Below, in pieces: positions 1-11,908 of a stretch of 64,000 nucleotides of DNA. Where the stretch lies: the NCBI GenBank assembly GCA_046313635.1, contig JBKBYA010000005.1:125483-189482 (forward strand), written 5' to 3'. Under the pieces are notes generated by a model that saw only the letters and a program-made list of their open reading frames with translations, made no database searches and was not told the origin of the DNA. The position numbers were made by a program, and so were the translations under genes. The stretch is from Pyrinomonadaceae bacterium. GTDB lineage: Bacteria; Acidobacteriota; Blastocatellia; Pyrinomonadales; Pyrinomonadaceae. Numbering within the stretch: the stretch's first letter is position 1; each line of letters opens with the position of its first letter.

Positions 1-1
1 C

Positions 2-133
2 GGCGACCTGGCACTGCTCGGCATGCCCGTCAAAGGCCGCGTTTTCGCCGAAAGGAGCGGTCACGCCGTACACGCCCAGCTGATGAACAAGCTGCTCAAA
101 GAGCCCGACGCGTGGGAGATCGTCCTTGCGTGA
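2..133 (+). CDS. lpxC: UDP-3-O-acyl-N-acetylglucosamine deacetylase, C-terminal fragment (gene starts before the window)
   Basis: Frame 2 reads GDLALLGMPVKGRVFAERSGHAVHAQLMNKLLKEPDAWEIVLA*, matching the LpxC C-terminal GDL..LG...SGH pattern. Confidence 0.85.
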   Translation, partial: GDLALLGMPVKGRVFAERSGHAVHAQLMNKLLKEPDAWEIVLA

Positions 134-234
134 CACCCGCGGAATGGTCGTTGCCTCTCGGTGAGAGAAGCGCGAATTGTGTACAGAATATTTCCTACGC
201 AGTTCGACGTCTCCAATAAACCAGGAGGTAAGCG

Positions 235-438
235 ATGCCAAAAGATCCGACAAGAAACCAACCGAACTACAAGATCGACGGCGGCCATCTTAACGAATAC
301 GAATACGAACAGAATAAAGGCAGCATGACCGAGGAACAGACCGGCATGCCCCGCGACTCGACGGCCCAGAGATCAAATTCAGGCGGAGAGAACGAAAAAG
401 ACGATCTGCCAAGCCATAGAGCAGAACGAAACAATTGA
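235..438 (+). CDS. Small hydrophilic hypothetical protein (67 aa)
   Basis: Strong Shine-Dalgarno CAGGAGGT just before the ATG; terminator-like hairpin follows. Confidence 0.7.
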   Translation: MPKDPTRNQPNYKIDGGHLNEYEYEQNKGSMTEEQTGMPRDSTAQRSNSGGENEKDDLPSHRAERNN

Positions 439-457
439 TCGCGTTTGACTCGTGAAG

Positions 458-490
458 AAAAAAGAGGTCGCCTGAAAAGGCGGCCTCTTG
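458..490. terminator. Hairpin, probable intrinsic terminator between convergent genes
   Basis: AAGAGGTCGCCT-GAAA-AGGCGGCCTCTT with an A-run on the 5' side. Confidence 0.6.
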
Positions 491-860
491 ATCATTTGGT
501 GAGACGCGGCTGTGCCGAGAGTGCTGTGCCGGAGGCGCGTCGCATTTCCGGCGCGGCATTTTCTGATTTCTTCAAGGCCGTGCAGTGCATCCCCCGAGCA
601 TCGCCGTTACTTCCCTTTCAGCCTGCAGAAGCCGGTCAACGGAAAGCAGGAGAGGCGCTATCACTTCGTTCCGATCGCAAAGGCTGCCGTTACCCCAGGC
701 TATAGATCTCGAGATCAGACATCTGCGGAACCAAAGTCGCCGGCCCGCCGTGATGAGCGAGGTCTTGTTGCGGAATTTTGAGGTCCCAAGGATTTTCGTT
801 ATCAGACGCGGCTCTCTGTCGCACCGGCAGCGTGGCGTTGCTCGTCGCCGCTTCGCAAAA

Positions 861-2480
861 CTATGTACGCCGGTCGTCCCAATCCGGCGTGTGAAAAACT
901 CCTTCTTTGTCGACCCGCTGGTATGTGTGGGCACCGAAAAAGTCTCGCTGTGCCTGTATCAGGTTGGCCGGCAGCCGCTCGGAGCGGAACGCGTCGAAGT
1001 ATGCAAGCGACGCCGACATCGCCGCGACCGGCACGCGAGCCTCGGTAAATCGCGCGACGATCTTTCGCCAGTCGCCACGCTTCTCGTTGAGCAACTGCGC
1101 GAAGGCGTGGTCGAGCATCAGATTGGGAAGCTCTTGATTCTCGGCGTAGGCGCGCCGCATTTCCTCGAGCAGTGCGGAGCGGATGATGCAGCCGCCGCGC
1201 CAGATGCGTGCGATCTCCGAGAGGTCGAGCCCGTACTCTTTCTCGACCGAAGCGGTCTGGAGCAGCGACATCCCTTGCGCGTACGTGACAATGAACGAAC
1301 AGAGCAGCGCGTTGCGGAGCTCGTCGACAAATGCCGCCGGATCGTCGCTGTGCTCGCTGCGTATCTCGTCGTGCTTGGTCGGGCCGCTTTCGCCGTCGAC
1401 CGGAAACTCGGCTTCGACGATCGATTTGCCGCTCAAGCGATCTTTCTGAATGTGGCTCGCGGTGGTCTCGACGGCCTCTGCGGCGAGTTGGGCCTTGAGG
1501 TCGTGCTGCGGCTCGCTGGTCACGCTTTCGCCGTCGGCGGCGGCGGGCGGGACGCTCGACTCGAGCGTGCCGAATTTTTTTGCGATCAGCATGCGGATCT
1601 CTTTTTGCGACGAGATCTGCCGCATCGCGACCGCCGTATCGATCGTCGGGATCGGCACGCCGAGGTCCATCGCCGCCTGCGACGTCCATTTGCCCGTACC
1701 TTTTTGCGCGGCCTTGTCGAGGATCATTTCGACGAGCGGCAGGCCGGTATCGGCGTCGACCTTGCGGAGCACCTCGGCGGTGATCTCGATCAGGAACGAA
1801 TTCAGTTCGGACGCGTTCCACTCGGCAAAGGTCTCGCTCATCTGCGCGTAATCCATCTCGAGTACGCGGCGCATAAAGTCGTACGTCTCGGCGATGATCT
1901 GCATCAGACCGTACTCGATGCCGTTGTGCACCATCTTGACGAAATGCCCCGCCGACCCGCGTCCCATATACGCCACGCACGGCTCGCCGTTGACCTTGGC
2001 CGCGACCGACTGCAGGATCGTCTCGACACGCTCGTAAAACTCGCGCCGCCCGCCGGGCATGATGCTCGCGCCGTGGCGGGCGCCTTCTTCGCCGCCGGAG
2101 ACACCGACGCCCATGAATTCGATGCCCTTTTCGGCGAGCGCCCTCTCGCGGCGTTCGGTATCTGAGAAGTGAGAATTTCCGCCGTCGATGACGAGATCGT
2201 CCTCGGTGAGAAAGGGCATCAGATCTGCGATCACCGAGTCGACGATCGGCCCGGCCGGCACTAGGAGCATTATGTTTCGCGGCCGCTCGAGCATCGAGAC
2301 AAATTCGCCGATGCTCGCGGCCGACGATACCGGCCTGCCGTGTCCTTCCGCTGCGAGCAGCTCGCGTTTTGCGGGGTCGACATCGTACCCGACACAAGCG
2401 AAACCGTGATCGGCAACGTTTAGGAGAAAGTTGCGCCCCATCGTCCCGAGGCCGATCATCCCGAACTGAGCCTTGTCCAT
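861..2480 (-). CDS. gnd: NADP-dependent 6-phosphogluconate dehydrogenase (decarboxylating) with an internal insertion
   Basis: GLGTMG, IDGGN, GVSGGEEGAR, KMVHNGIEYG, QKGTGKWT, WRGGCIIRS and QAQRDFFGAHTY motifs. Confidence 0.97.
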   Translation of the reverse strand: MDKAQFGMIGLGTMGRNFLLNVADHGFACVGYDVDPAKRELLAAEGHGRPVSSAASIGEFVSMLERPRNIMLLVPAGPIVDSVIADLMPFLTEDDLVIDGGNSHFSDTERRERALAEKGIEFMGVGVSGGEEGARHGASIMPGGRREFYERVETILQSVAAKVNGEPCVAYMGRGSAGHFVKMVHNGIEYGLMQIIAETYDFMRRVLEMDYAQMSETFAEWNASELNSFLIEITAEVLRKVDADTGLPLVEMILDKAAQKGTGKWTSQAAMDLGVPIPTIDTAVAMRQISSQKEIRMLIAKKFGTLESSVPPAAADGESVTSEPQHDLKAQLAAEAVETTASHIQKDRLSGKSIVEAEFPVDGESGPTKHDEIRSEHSDDPAAFVDELRNALLCSFIVTYAQGMSLLQTASVEKEYGLDLSEIARIWRGGCIIRSALLEEMRRAYAENQELPNLMLDHAFAQLLNEKRGDWRKIVARFTEARVPVAAMSASLAYFDAFRSERLPANLIQAQRDFFGAHTYQRVDKEGVFHTPDWDDRRT

Positions 2481-2594
2481 ATCTCGCGATTATACGACCG
2501 CGACAGGGCCTGCGCTACCGGGTATGGGCCGCGGCCCGTCCCGCCGCACGAGCGAGAGCTTGACCGCCGGGATGCGTCTGCTAAATTCGTAGCA

Positions 2595-3506
2595 ATGACA
2601 CCGCTGAACGAGGCAGTTCGCCCGACGACCCTTATCCAATCTGCAAAGCTCCGCGACATGCTCGGGCTTGATATAACGATCGCTGCCGAGACGTTTCAGC
2701 ATACGGGCAGTTTCAAATTTCGTGCGGCTTACAATCTGGCGTCGAACGTCGTCGAGGACGCGATCCTGACGGCCTCGTCGGGCAACTTCGGCCAGGCCCT
2801 CGCGTACGCGTGCAAGCTCGTCGGCAAACGCTGCACGGTCGTGATGCCGGAGACCTCGGCAAGAGTAAAGATCGAGGCGGTTCGCCGCTTCGGCGCGACG
2901 GTCGATCTCGTTGACACGACAAAGATCGGGCGCGGCGAGCGCGTCGCTCAGCTCGCCGAGCAAATGCCCGACGCATATTTGGCGAGCGCGTATGACGACG
3001 ACCTCGTTATCGCCGGCAACGCAACGCTCGGCGACGAGCTGGCTCCGATGGATTTCGATATCGTGATCTCGCCGGTCGGCGGCGGCGGTCTGATCTCGGG
3101 GCTCGTGACCGGGCTCGCCCGCAGCGGAGCTCGGGCCGAGGTCGTCGGGGCCGAACCGCTGCTCGGCAACGACGCCGCCCGCTCGCTGCGCGAGGGCAGA
3201 CTGATCGCCAACGAGGCGGAGCCCGCGACCATCGCCGACGGGGCCCGGACGCTCTCGCTGGGCAAGCGTAACTGGGCGATCATTCGCGAATCGGTCCGCG
3301 AGATCGTCGAGGTGCCTGACGACAACATCGCCGATGCGGTGCGGATGTATTTCGAGACGGCGAATTTGAAAAGCGAACCGACCGGAGCTCTTTCGCTCGG
3401 CGCCCTTCTCGAGCGGCGGGAGCGGTTTGAGAGTAAAAGGATCTGTCTGGTCGTCAGCGGCGGCAACGTCGACGCGAGCGTTTACGCAGATCTGATCTCC
3501 AGGTAA
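2595..3506 (+). CDS. PLP-dependent threonine/serine dehydratase family protein
   Basis: ETFQHTGSFKFR (PLP lysine), SSGNF, PVGGGGLISG, TIADG, VSGGNVD. Confidence 0.9.
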   Translation: MTPLNEAVRPTTLIQSAKLRDMLGLDITIAAETFQHTGSFKFRAAYNLASNVVEDAILTASSGNFGQALAYACKLVGKRCTVVMPETSARVKIEAVRRFGATVDLVDTTKIGRGERVAQLAEQMPDAYLASAYDDDLVIAGNATLGDELAPMDFDIVISPVGGGGLISGLVTGLARSGARAEVVGAEPLLGNDAARSLREGRLIANEAEPATIADGARTLSLGKRNWAIIRESVREIVEVPDDNIADAVRMYFETANLKSEPTGALSLGALLERRERFESKRICLVVSGGNVDASVYADLISR

Positions 3507-3537
3507 AAAACGGCGGCCGTTCGAGCCGCCGTTTTCA
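3506..3537. terminator. Bidirectional intrinsic terminator
   Basis: AAAAACGGCGGC-cgttcga-GCCGCCGTTTT between convergent genes. Confidence 0.75.
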
Positions 3538-3555
3538 ATTTTCTGCCCTCGCAGC

Positions 3556-5235
<1,680 letters not shown>

Positions 5236-5245
5236 TTTTAACCAC

Positions 5246-6484
5246 CTATCGCCGTCCGCTGAAGGGCCCGGACGATATCGTTTGAATGATGGGCAGATAG
5301 ATCGCCAACAAGATCGTGACGACGATCACCGCCATGAACAAAAGTATCGCCGGCTCGAGCAGCGTCGTCAGCTGCTCGAGCTTGACCTCGGCCTCAGCGT
5401 CGTAAAAGGCGGCGACCTCGTCGAGCATCTCGCGCAGGCTGCCCGACTTTTCGCCGATGCCGATCATGTCGAGGCCGAGCTCCGGGATCCAATTCGCCTT
5501 CTCGAGCGCCTCAGTAAAGCCGCGGCCTTCGCGGATCATCGACGAGACCGCCTGACTTCGCCGCCTCAGCTCGAGATTGTTGATAGCCTGCGAGGCTATG
5601 TCCCACGAATCGGGCACCGTGATGCCGCCGGACAAAAGCGTCGACAGCGAACGCGCTAGCTGCGCCGTCGCCATCTGGCGGATCAGAGTTCCGATGATGG
5701 GTATGCGCAGCAGCGCCCGGTGCAGCATCAATCGACCAGGCTCGGTCCGGAGCCAGCTGTAGATCGCGACTCCGACGACGACGGCGAGCGGCAAAAGCCA
5801 CCAGATATTCGAAGCGATGCCGGACGATACCGCGACGACGACCACCGTAACGGTCGGCAATCCGCGATTCGCAGCGAGGCCTCGAAAAAGGTCAGACATT
5901 CGCGGCACGATATAGAGCGTCAAGAAAGACGCCATTCCCATCGCCGCGATCAGAAGGAACGCCGGATACGCCAGCGCCCCGCGCAGTTTGCGGCTCACGC
6001 CGACGCTGCGGCGCAGGTACTCGACAAAGCGCTCGAGCACGTCGTCGAGCGCGCCGCTCTGCTCGCCCGACAAGATCGACGCCGTATAGATCGGCGGAAA
6101 GATGCCCTGCATCTCAAACGCCTTTGACAGCGGAACGCCGCTCTTTATCTTTTCTTCGACGTCGGCGAGCACCTCACGCAGGCGCGCCGAGGCAGAACGC
6201 GCCTTGAGCAGGCTGATCGACTGCAGCACCGGGATACCCGCTCGCAGCAGTGCCGACAGCTGCTGGTTAAAGAGCAGAAAGTCGCCCTGCTTGATCTTTG
6301 AGCCGTGCTTGCCGCCGCCGAGTGAGAGCACCGACGACAGGCCGCGTTCCGCGGGCGAGACCGAAAAGACCTTGAATCCCTCGGTCTCGAATCGGGCCCG
6401 CGCCTCTGCGGCGGCCGAAGCTTCGACGATCCTGGTGATGATCTCTCCCGACGGAGTGCCGAGCCGGCAGATAAATTCAGACAT
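5246..6484 (-). CDS. pilC: GspF/PilC family inner-membrane platform protein
   Basis: Two T2SSF repeats (QLSALLRAGIP...GEQSG; LSTLLSGG...GEKSG) and three TM segments; adjacent to the ATPase. Confidence 0.9.
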   Translation of the reverse strand: MSEFICRLGTPSGEIITRIVEASAAAEARARFETEGFKVFSVSPAERGLSSVLSLGGGKHGSKIKQGDFLLFNQQLSALLRAGIPVLQSISLLKARSASARLREVLADVEEKIKSGVPLSKAFEMQGIFPPIYTASILSGEQSGALDDVLERFVEYLRRSVGVSRKLRGALAYPAFLLIAAMGMASFLTLYIVPRMSDLFRGLAANRGLPTVTVVVVAVSSGIASNIWWLLPLAVVVGVAIYSWLRTEPGRLMLHRALLRIPIIGTLIRQMATAQLARSLSTLLSGGITVPDSWDIASQAINNLELRRRSQAVSSMIREGRGFTEALEKANWIPELGLDMIGIGEKSGSLREMLDEVAAFYDAEAEVKLEQLTTLLEPAILLFMAVIVVTILLAIYLPIIQTISSGPFSGRR

Positions 6485-6690
6485 CTTGATAGTGTGGAAA
6501 GCCGGCGAGATCGGTCGGCGCCGGCGGCACGATTATAACACGCGGCTTTGCTGAAATTGTTCCCCGCGAAGCGGGCCCGCCCGCTCTCCGGCCGTCAAAA
6601 CAACCAAGCTCCGACATCGAACATCAAAAATATTGCACAAGTATCGAGGCTCACATAAACTTGTTCAATAGTTTTTCTCCGGAGACTTCT

Positions 6691-7686
6691 ATGGCCGAAG
6701 GCGCTTCCTTTTTCGTGGGTCGGAACCTGACTGTTTCGCCTGCGATATCGGCATTTTTCCTCATCCTCATCCTTGCGCCGCTGCTATTCGGTCAACAGGC
6801 CCAGCCGTCGCCGCCGGTCGAGGACGACAGCCGCGAACCCGTCAGGGTCAAGACCGATCTCGTCACGCTCACGCTGACCGTCACCGATCTGTACGGACGA
6901 TACGTATCGGGCCTCAAGCGGAATGCGTTCACGGTCATGGACAATGGTCAGGAGCAGGAGATCACCTTTTTCAGCGACAGCGACGCGCCCGTTTCGCTCG
7001 GGATACTTTTTGACGTCTCGGGATCGATGAGCGGCGAAAAGATCGGCAAGGCCCGCAAGGCCCTCGAGCGGTTTGTCGCCACGAGCCATCCGTCGGACGA
7101 GTACTTTCTCATCGCATTCAACAGTCGCGCTCAGCTGCTCCTGGACCGCACGCGAGACGGTGACGCCGTCCTCCGCAAGCTTACCCTCGTCGAACCAAAA
7201 CGCAACACGGCACTCTACGACGCGATGTACCTCGGCGTCGACCGAGTGACCCGCGGTTCACATCAAAAGAAGGCCCTGCTGATAATCAGCGACGGCCAGG
7301 ACAATTCTTCGCGTTACAACTTTAACGAGGTCCGAAAGATGATGAGAGAATCGGACGTCGTCACCTACGCGGTCGGCATAATGGACGGCGGCGACGCTCG
7401 CAGCGGCCTCGGGATGCAGGGCCAGGCCCTGCTGGACGAGCTGACGTCGATCACGGGCGGACGGGCCTTTTTCCCCGCGACGGATGTCGAGATGGACGAG
7501 ATATTCGAGCGGATAGCGCTGGAGCTGCGGCACCAGTATTCGGTCGGTTATACGCCCAAGGACTTTAAGCCCGACGGCAGCTATCGCAAGGTCAAAGTTA
7601 AGGTCAAACCTCCCCGAGGATTGCCGCGTCTAACGGTGCGAAGCCGAGACGGATATTTCGCCGTCCCGAGAACGACGTATCGCTAG
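6691..7686 (+). CDS. VWA-domain protein, acidobacterial type
   Basis: Hydrophobic N-terminus, MIDAS DVSGS, TALYDA, ISDG, ELRHQYSVGY; start chosen from GGAG upstream of ATG 6691. Confidence 0.88.
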   Translation: MAEGASFFVGRNLTVSPAISAFFLILILAPLLFGQQAQPSPPVEDDSREPVRVKTDLVTLTLTVTDLYGRYVSGLKRNAFTVMDNGQEQEITFFSDSDAPVSLGILFDVSGSMSGEKIGKARKALERFVATSHPSDEYFLIAFNSRAQLLLDRTRDGDAVLRKLTLVEPKRNTALYDAMYLGVDRVTRGSHQKKALLIISDGQDNSSRYNFNEVRKMMRESDVVTYAVGIMDGGDARSGLGMQGQALLDELTSITGGRAFFPATDVEMDEIFERIALELRHQYSVGYTPKDFKPDGSYRKVKVKVKPPRGLPRLTVRSRDGYFAVPRTTYR

Positions 7687-7689
7687 AGA

Positions 7690-8769
7690 ATGGCTATGAC
7701 GAAAAATCGCAGAAATTCAATTTGCGGGTGTTTTGCGGCACTCGTCCTTGCGGCGGCTGGCTGGTCTGCGTCGGCTTACGGCCAGAGGCCCTCGCCGACA
7801 CCCGCCGTCTCGCCCACCCCGCCGGTCATCAAGGATGACGACGAGCCGATCAAGATCGATACCGAGCTTGTCAATATCGACGTCCGCGTGGTCGATCGGA
7901 ACGGCCGGCCGATCGGCAATCTCCAGCAGCGCGACTTTCAGGTTTTGGAAAATAACGAGCCGCAGCAGATCGAGTTCTTTTCAAAGTCCGAGGTGCCGAC
8001 CAACTACTCGCTCGTCGTCGACAATTCGGGTTCGCTGCGGCAGCAGCTCGACAAGGTGATCGAGGCAAGCAAGATCATTGTCGGCACCAACAAGCCCGAG
8101 GACGAGACAAGCGTCATTCGATTTGTCAGCCGCGACAAGATCACGATCGATCAGGACTTTACCGCGAACAAGGCCGACCTTTTCGACGCTCTCGACAGTC
8201 TTTACATCGAGGGCGGCCAGACGGCAATCCGTGACGCGGTCTACCTTGCCGCCCAGCGTTTGTCCGAGTACGAAAGATCGAGCGGCTTTGACGACCGCAG
8301 GCGTCGTGCTCTGATACTGATCACAGACGGCGAAGATCGCGACAGCTACTTCAGTGAGGCCCAGCTTTTCGAAATGCTGCGCGAATCCAATATCCAGATC
8401 TACGTTGTGGGATTCATCAACGAGCTGGACAAGGACTCCGGGTTCATTCGAAAAAGCGACCAGGCGAAGGCCAGATCGTTCCTCGAGCGACTCGCAAAAG
8501 AAACCGGCGGAAAGGCATACTTCCCGGCCGCTCTGACCGAGCTGACCGCGATCGCGAGCGACATTTCGAGCGAGCTCAGAACGCAGTATTCGATCGGCTA
8601 CCTGCCGTCGAAAAAGAATGACGGCACGTACCGAAACATAAAGGTCATCGTCTCTGACGGGCCCAACAAGGAAAAGCGGATCGCCGTGACGCGTACCGGC
8701 CGCAACGCAAACCGCCCGCAGCCGGAGCAGCCCTCGACCGCGGTAACGCCGCCGAAGAAAGATAACTGA
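7690..8769 (+). CDS. VWA-domain protein, acidobacterial type (tandem paralog)
   Basis: Signal peptide, MIDAS DNSGS, ITDGED, ETGG, ELRTQYSIGY. Confidence 0.88.
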   Translation: MAMTKNRRNSICGCFAALVLAAAGWSASAYGQRPSPTPAVSPTPPVIKDDDEPIKIDTELVNIDVRVVDRNGRPIGNLQQRDFQVLENNEPQQIEFFSKSEVPTNYSLVVDNSGSLRQQLDKVIEASKIIVGTNKPEDETSVIRFVSRDKITIDQDFTANKADLFDALDSLYIEGGQTAIRDAVYLAAQRLSEYERSSGFDDRRRRALILITDGEDRDSYFSEAQLFEMLRESNIQIYVVGFINELDKDSGFIRKSDQAKARSFLERLAKETGGKAYFPAALTELTAIASDISSELRTQYSIGYLPSKKNDGTYRNIKVIVSDGPNKEKRIAVTRTGRNANRPQPEQPSTAVTPPKKDN

Positions 8770-8776
8770 TCGATAC

Positions 8777-8809
8777 AAAAACGGAGCCCGCTGCGGCTCC
8801 GTTTTTTTT
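8777..8809. terminator. Bidirectional intrinsic terminator
   Basis: AAAAACGGAGCC-cgctgc-GGCTCCGTTTTTTTT between convergent genes. Confidence 0.8.
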
Positions 8810-8828
8810 CGCTTTTCTTTGACACCGT

Positions 8829-9149
8829 CTATCTCTCGGGCACCGATCCCGAGATCTTTTTGCGATTGGTCTCGCCGGTCTCGAGCACGGGGATGCCCTC
8901 GTCCACCTCCGAATGCGGACGCGGAATGACGTGCACGGCCGTCACCGTTCCAACGCGGCGGGCGGCAGCCGCTCCGGCATCGACGGCGGCCCGCACCGCG
9001 CCGACCTCGCCGCGTACGATCGCGGTCACAAGTCCGGCATCGACCTTTTCATATCCGACGAGGCGGACGTTCGCGGCTTTGACCATCGCATCGGCGGCCT
9101 CGATCATCGCGACGAGTCCCATACATTCGACCATTCCGAGAGCTTCCAT
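8829..9149 (-). CDS. Bacterial microcompartment hexameric shell protein (BMC-H, EutM/PduA-like)
   Basis: EALGMVE...[12 protein letters not shown]...[11 protein letters not shown]...HVIPRPH; alternative GTG start at 9161. Confidence 0.95.
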   Translation of the reverse strand: MEALGMVECMGLVAMIEAADAMVKAANVRLVGYEKVDAGLVTAIVRGEVGAVRAAVDAGAAAARRVGTVTAVHVIPRPHSEVDEGIPVLETGETNRKKISGSVPER

Positions 9150-9162
9150 ATTCACAGACACT

Positions 9163-9519
9163 TTACCTTAAATAGAACGCAAGAATAACAATCAGGAGCA
9201 CGAACGCCGCCGAGATGACGGTCGCGGCGACGAAAGCACCTGCCGGCTCGGCGGGTGCCGGTTCCCAGACGATCTCGAAAGTGCGCTTCGAGCGCGGCGG
9301 CCTGGTGCGTTTCAGTGCGGCAGCGCTCTGCATCTGCCGGGGCGTGCTCGAGCCCGGCCGCTTTACCTCGGCCAGCTCGGCGGCGGCCGTATCGACAGGA
9401 GCCGCCGACGCCACCTGCGCCCCGCAGTTGTAACAAAAGAGCGAGTCGGGCCTTATATCGGCGCCGCAGCGGCCGCAAGCTTCTTCAACGCTTATCGTGG
9501 AGCTGGTCGTCAACATCAT
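9163..9519 (-). CDS. Zinc-ribbon protein with a C-terminal transmembrane helix
   Basis: CGRCG...FCYNCG ribbon; hydrophobic tail [23 protein letters not shown]; fills the gap between the flanking genes. Confidence 0.75.
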   Translation of the reverse strand: MMLTTSSTISVEEACGRCGADIRPDSLFCYNCGAQVASAAPVDTAAAELAEVKRPGSSTPRQMQSAAALKRTRPPRSKRTFEIVWEPAPAEPAGAFVAATVISAAFVLLIVILAFYLR

Positions 9520-9552
9520 TCGCACATCAAGCCGGCGGCGAAGCCTCCGTCG

Positions 9553-11256
9553 CTAGACACGAGCAAACACCTCTTTTTCTTCTCCAAGATCGCGTGCCGA
9601 CGGCGTGAGGATGGTCTTTGCGGTGATGTAGATCTTGCGGCCTTCGCTCACGGCACGACGGACGTCGTCCTCGCTGACAAAATCCACGGGCTCGGGTCTG
9701 TCGCCATTCGGGCTTGGCGGGCGGAGCTCGTGAATGATCGTCTTTACCGGCGACGTCTCGGACGCGTCGGCCTCGTCACGCGGCGGGGCCTGACTTAGCT
9801 TTTGCGAGAGAAACTTGTCGACGATGGCGGCGATCTCCTCGCGTCTTACGGACTGACGGGCCGGTTTATCGAGCGACACGGACCTTGGAGCCGCCGGCCG
9901 CGCCGACGAAACTGGCTTCGTTTCAAAAGCCACGCGCTTGATGTCAAGCAGATGGATCGGCGAGACGTTGTCGGACGTCACATTGCCGCCCCACGACCCG
10001 CACCCGAGCGTCATCGACGGCGGGAGATCGGTCGAGAAGCCTATCGCTCCGTGAGTCGTCGGCGAATTGATGATCACGCGTGAAGCAGGCATCTGCTCGC
10101 CGTAGCGAACGGCCGCCTCGCGGCTCCGCGTGTGCATACCGGCCGTGTGTCCCATGCCGCCGAACTGCAGCACCTCGTGACATCGCGCCGCGCCTTGCTC
10201 GATACCGTCGACGACGAAGAAAGCGAGCGTCGGCGAGAGCTTCTCGATCGACCACGGATAGTCGCGTCCCACGCCGCCGCAGTCGGCGATCAGGCAGCGT
10301 GTACCCGCCGGAATGCTCACGCCGGCGAGGTCCGCGATGTACTGCGCCGAGCGGCCGACGATGCCCGGATTCAAAGTCCGCTGCGGAGTGAGCAAAACCT
10401 TTGCAACGGCGTCGGCGTCCGCCGGCGAGAGAAAGTAAGCTCCCTGCTGCCGAAACTGCTCTCTCACTTCCTGCTCGACCGGCGCATCGACGACGACCGA
10501 CTGCTCCGAGGCGCAGATCGTTCCGTTGTCGAAGCATGTGCCCGTGAGAATGTCGCTCACCGCCTTTTGCACGTCGGCCGTTCGCTCGACAAAGACCGGC
10601 ACGTTCCCAGGGCCGACACCGAATGCCGGCTTGCCCGACGAGTAGGCCGCACGCACGAGCCCGATGCCGCCGGTCGCGAGGATGACGGCCGTCTTTTTGT
10701 GCTTCATCAGAGCCTCGGTCCCCTCGATGGTCGGGAGCGTGAGGCAATGCACCGCTTCGCGCGGCAGGCCGGCCTTGACGCCGGCCTCGAGCATCACGCG
10801 GGTCGTCTCGGCGATGCATCGCGCGGCGGACGGGTGCGGCGACAGCACGATCGCGTTGCGTGATTTGATCGCGATGATGATCTTGAAGATGGCGGTCGAC
10901 GTCGGATTTGTTGACGGGATGATCGCCGCGACGACGCCGCGGGGCGACGCGATCTCGACGACGCTGTCGGTCTCGGCAACCACGCCGACGGTCTTCAAAC
11001 GCTTGAAGTGATTCCAAACGTCCTCGGCGGCGAAGCGATTCTTCTCACGCTTATCTTCCGGCTTGCCAAAGCCCGTCTCCTCGTGCGCCATCGCGCCGAG
11101 ACGCGCGGCGTCGGCGAGCGCGGCAGAGGCCATCGCCTCGCAGATGGAGTCGATCTTTGCCTGATCGAAGCGGGCGAGAACTGCAAAAGCCCGATCCGCG
11201 GCCTCGACCGCGTCGCGGGCTTCCTGTTGTGCCTTAAGGTCGGCGTCTGAGGTCAT
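9553..11256 (-). CDS. CoA-acylating aldehyde dehydrogenase, microcompartment-associated, with a C-terminal extension
   Basis: [37 protein letters not shown] (catalytic Cys), [19 protein letters not shown]. Confidence 0.93.
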   Translation of the reverse strand: MTSDADLKAQQEARDAVEAADRAFAVLARFDQAKIDSICEAMASAALADAARLGAMAHEETGFGKPEDKREKNRFAAEDVWNHFKRLKTVGVVAETDSVVEIASPRGVVAAIIPSTNPTSTAIFKIIIAIKSRNAIVLSPHPSAARCIAETTRVMLEAGVKAGLPREAVHCLTLPTIEGTEALMKHKKTAVILATGGIGLVRAAYSSGKPAFGVGPGNVPVFVERTADVQKAVSDILTGTCFDNGTICASEQSVVVDAPVEQEVREQFRQQGAYFLSPADADAVAKVLLTPQRTLNPGIVGRSAQYIADLAGVSIPAGTRCLIADCGGVGRDYPWSIEKLSPTLAFFVVDGIEQGAARCHEVLQFGGMGHTAGMHTRSREAAVRYGEQMPASRVIINSPTTHGAIGFSTDLPPSMTLGCGSWGGNVTSDNVSPIHLLDIKRVAFETKPVSSARPAAPRSVSLDKPARQSVRREEIAAIVDKFLSQKLSQAPPRDEADASETSPVKTIIHELRPPSPNGDRPEPVDFVSEDDVRRAVSEGRKIYITAKTILTPSARDLGEEKEVFARV

Positions 11257-11303
11257 AAACCGAACGCGGCGGCTGATTCAACCGCCGCACATATTCTCGT
11301 GAA

Positions 11304-11705
<402 letters not shown>

Positions 11706-11817
11706 TTTTGGTTCCTCTCTGATTTCGCTGCTTTGTGAATTCTATTACAAGCCGGAATGAAAGCCTAAAAGTACCACGCCGCAACTCCGCCAATCAAGCA
11801 GGTCAAAGGTCATTCAA

Positions 11818-11847
11818 TTGACATCAAGTGTTTTGGACGGTTATATT
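11818..11847 (+). promoter_or_regulatory. Sigma70-type promoter for rodZ-like gene
   Basis: TTGACA-N18-TATATT. Confidence 0.55.
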
Positions 11848-11908
11848 TCCGCATTAAGGCAGCGGCTAATTCGGCGGCAACTCGGCAACGGCGTCCAAAC
11901 CATTCACG

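Noticed and set aside
491..860. Unassigned ~370-bp gap with ORF 512..781 and a 10-bp direct repeat AGACGCGGCT (502-511, 804-813)
   Set aside because: No SD or recognisable motif, and the repeat is short enough to be chance; it may be a gene remnant but I cannot support that.
585..2397. Long ORFs 585..2165 (+) and 802..2397 (-)
   Set aside because: Antisense and off-frame shadows of gnd; Arg-rich with no motifs, typical of GC-rich DNA.
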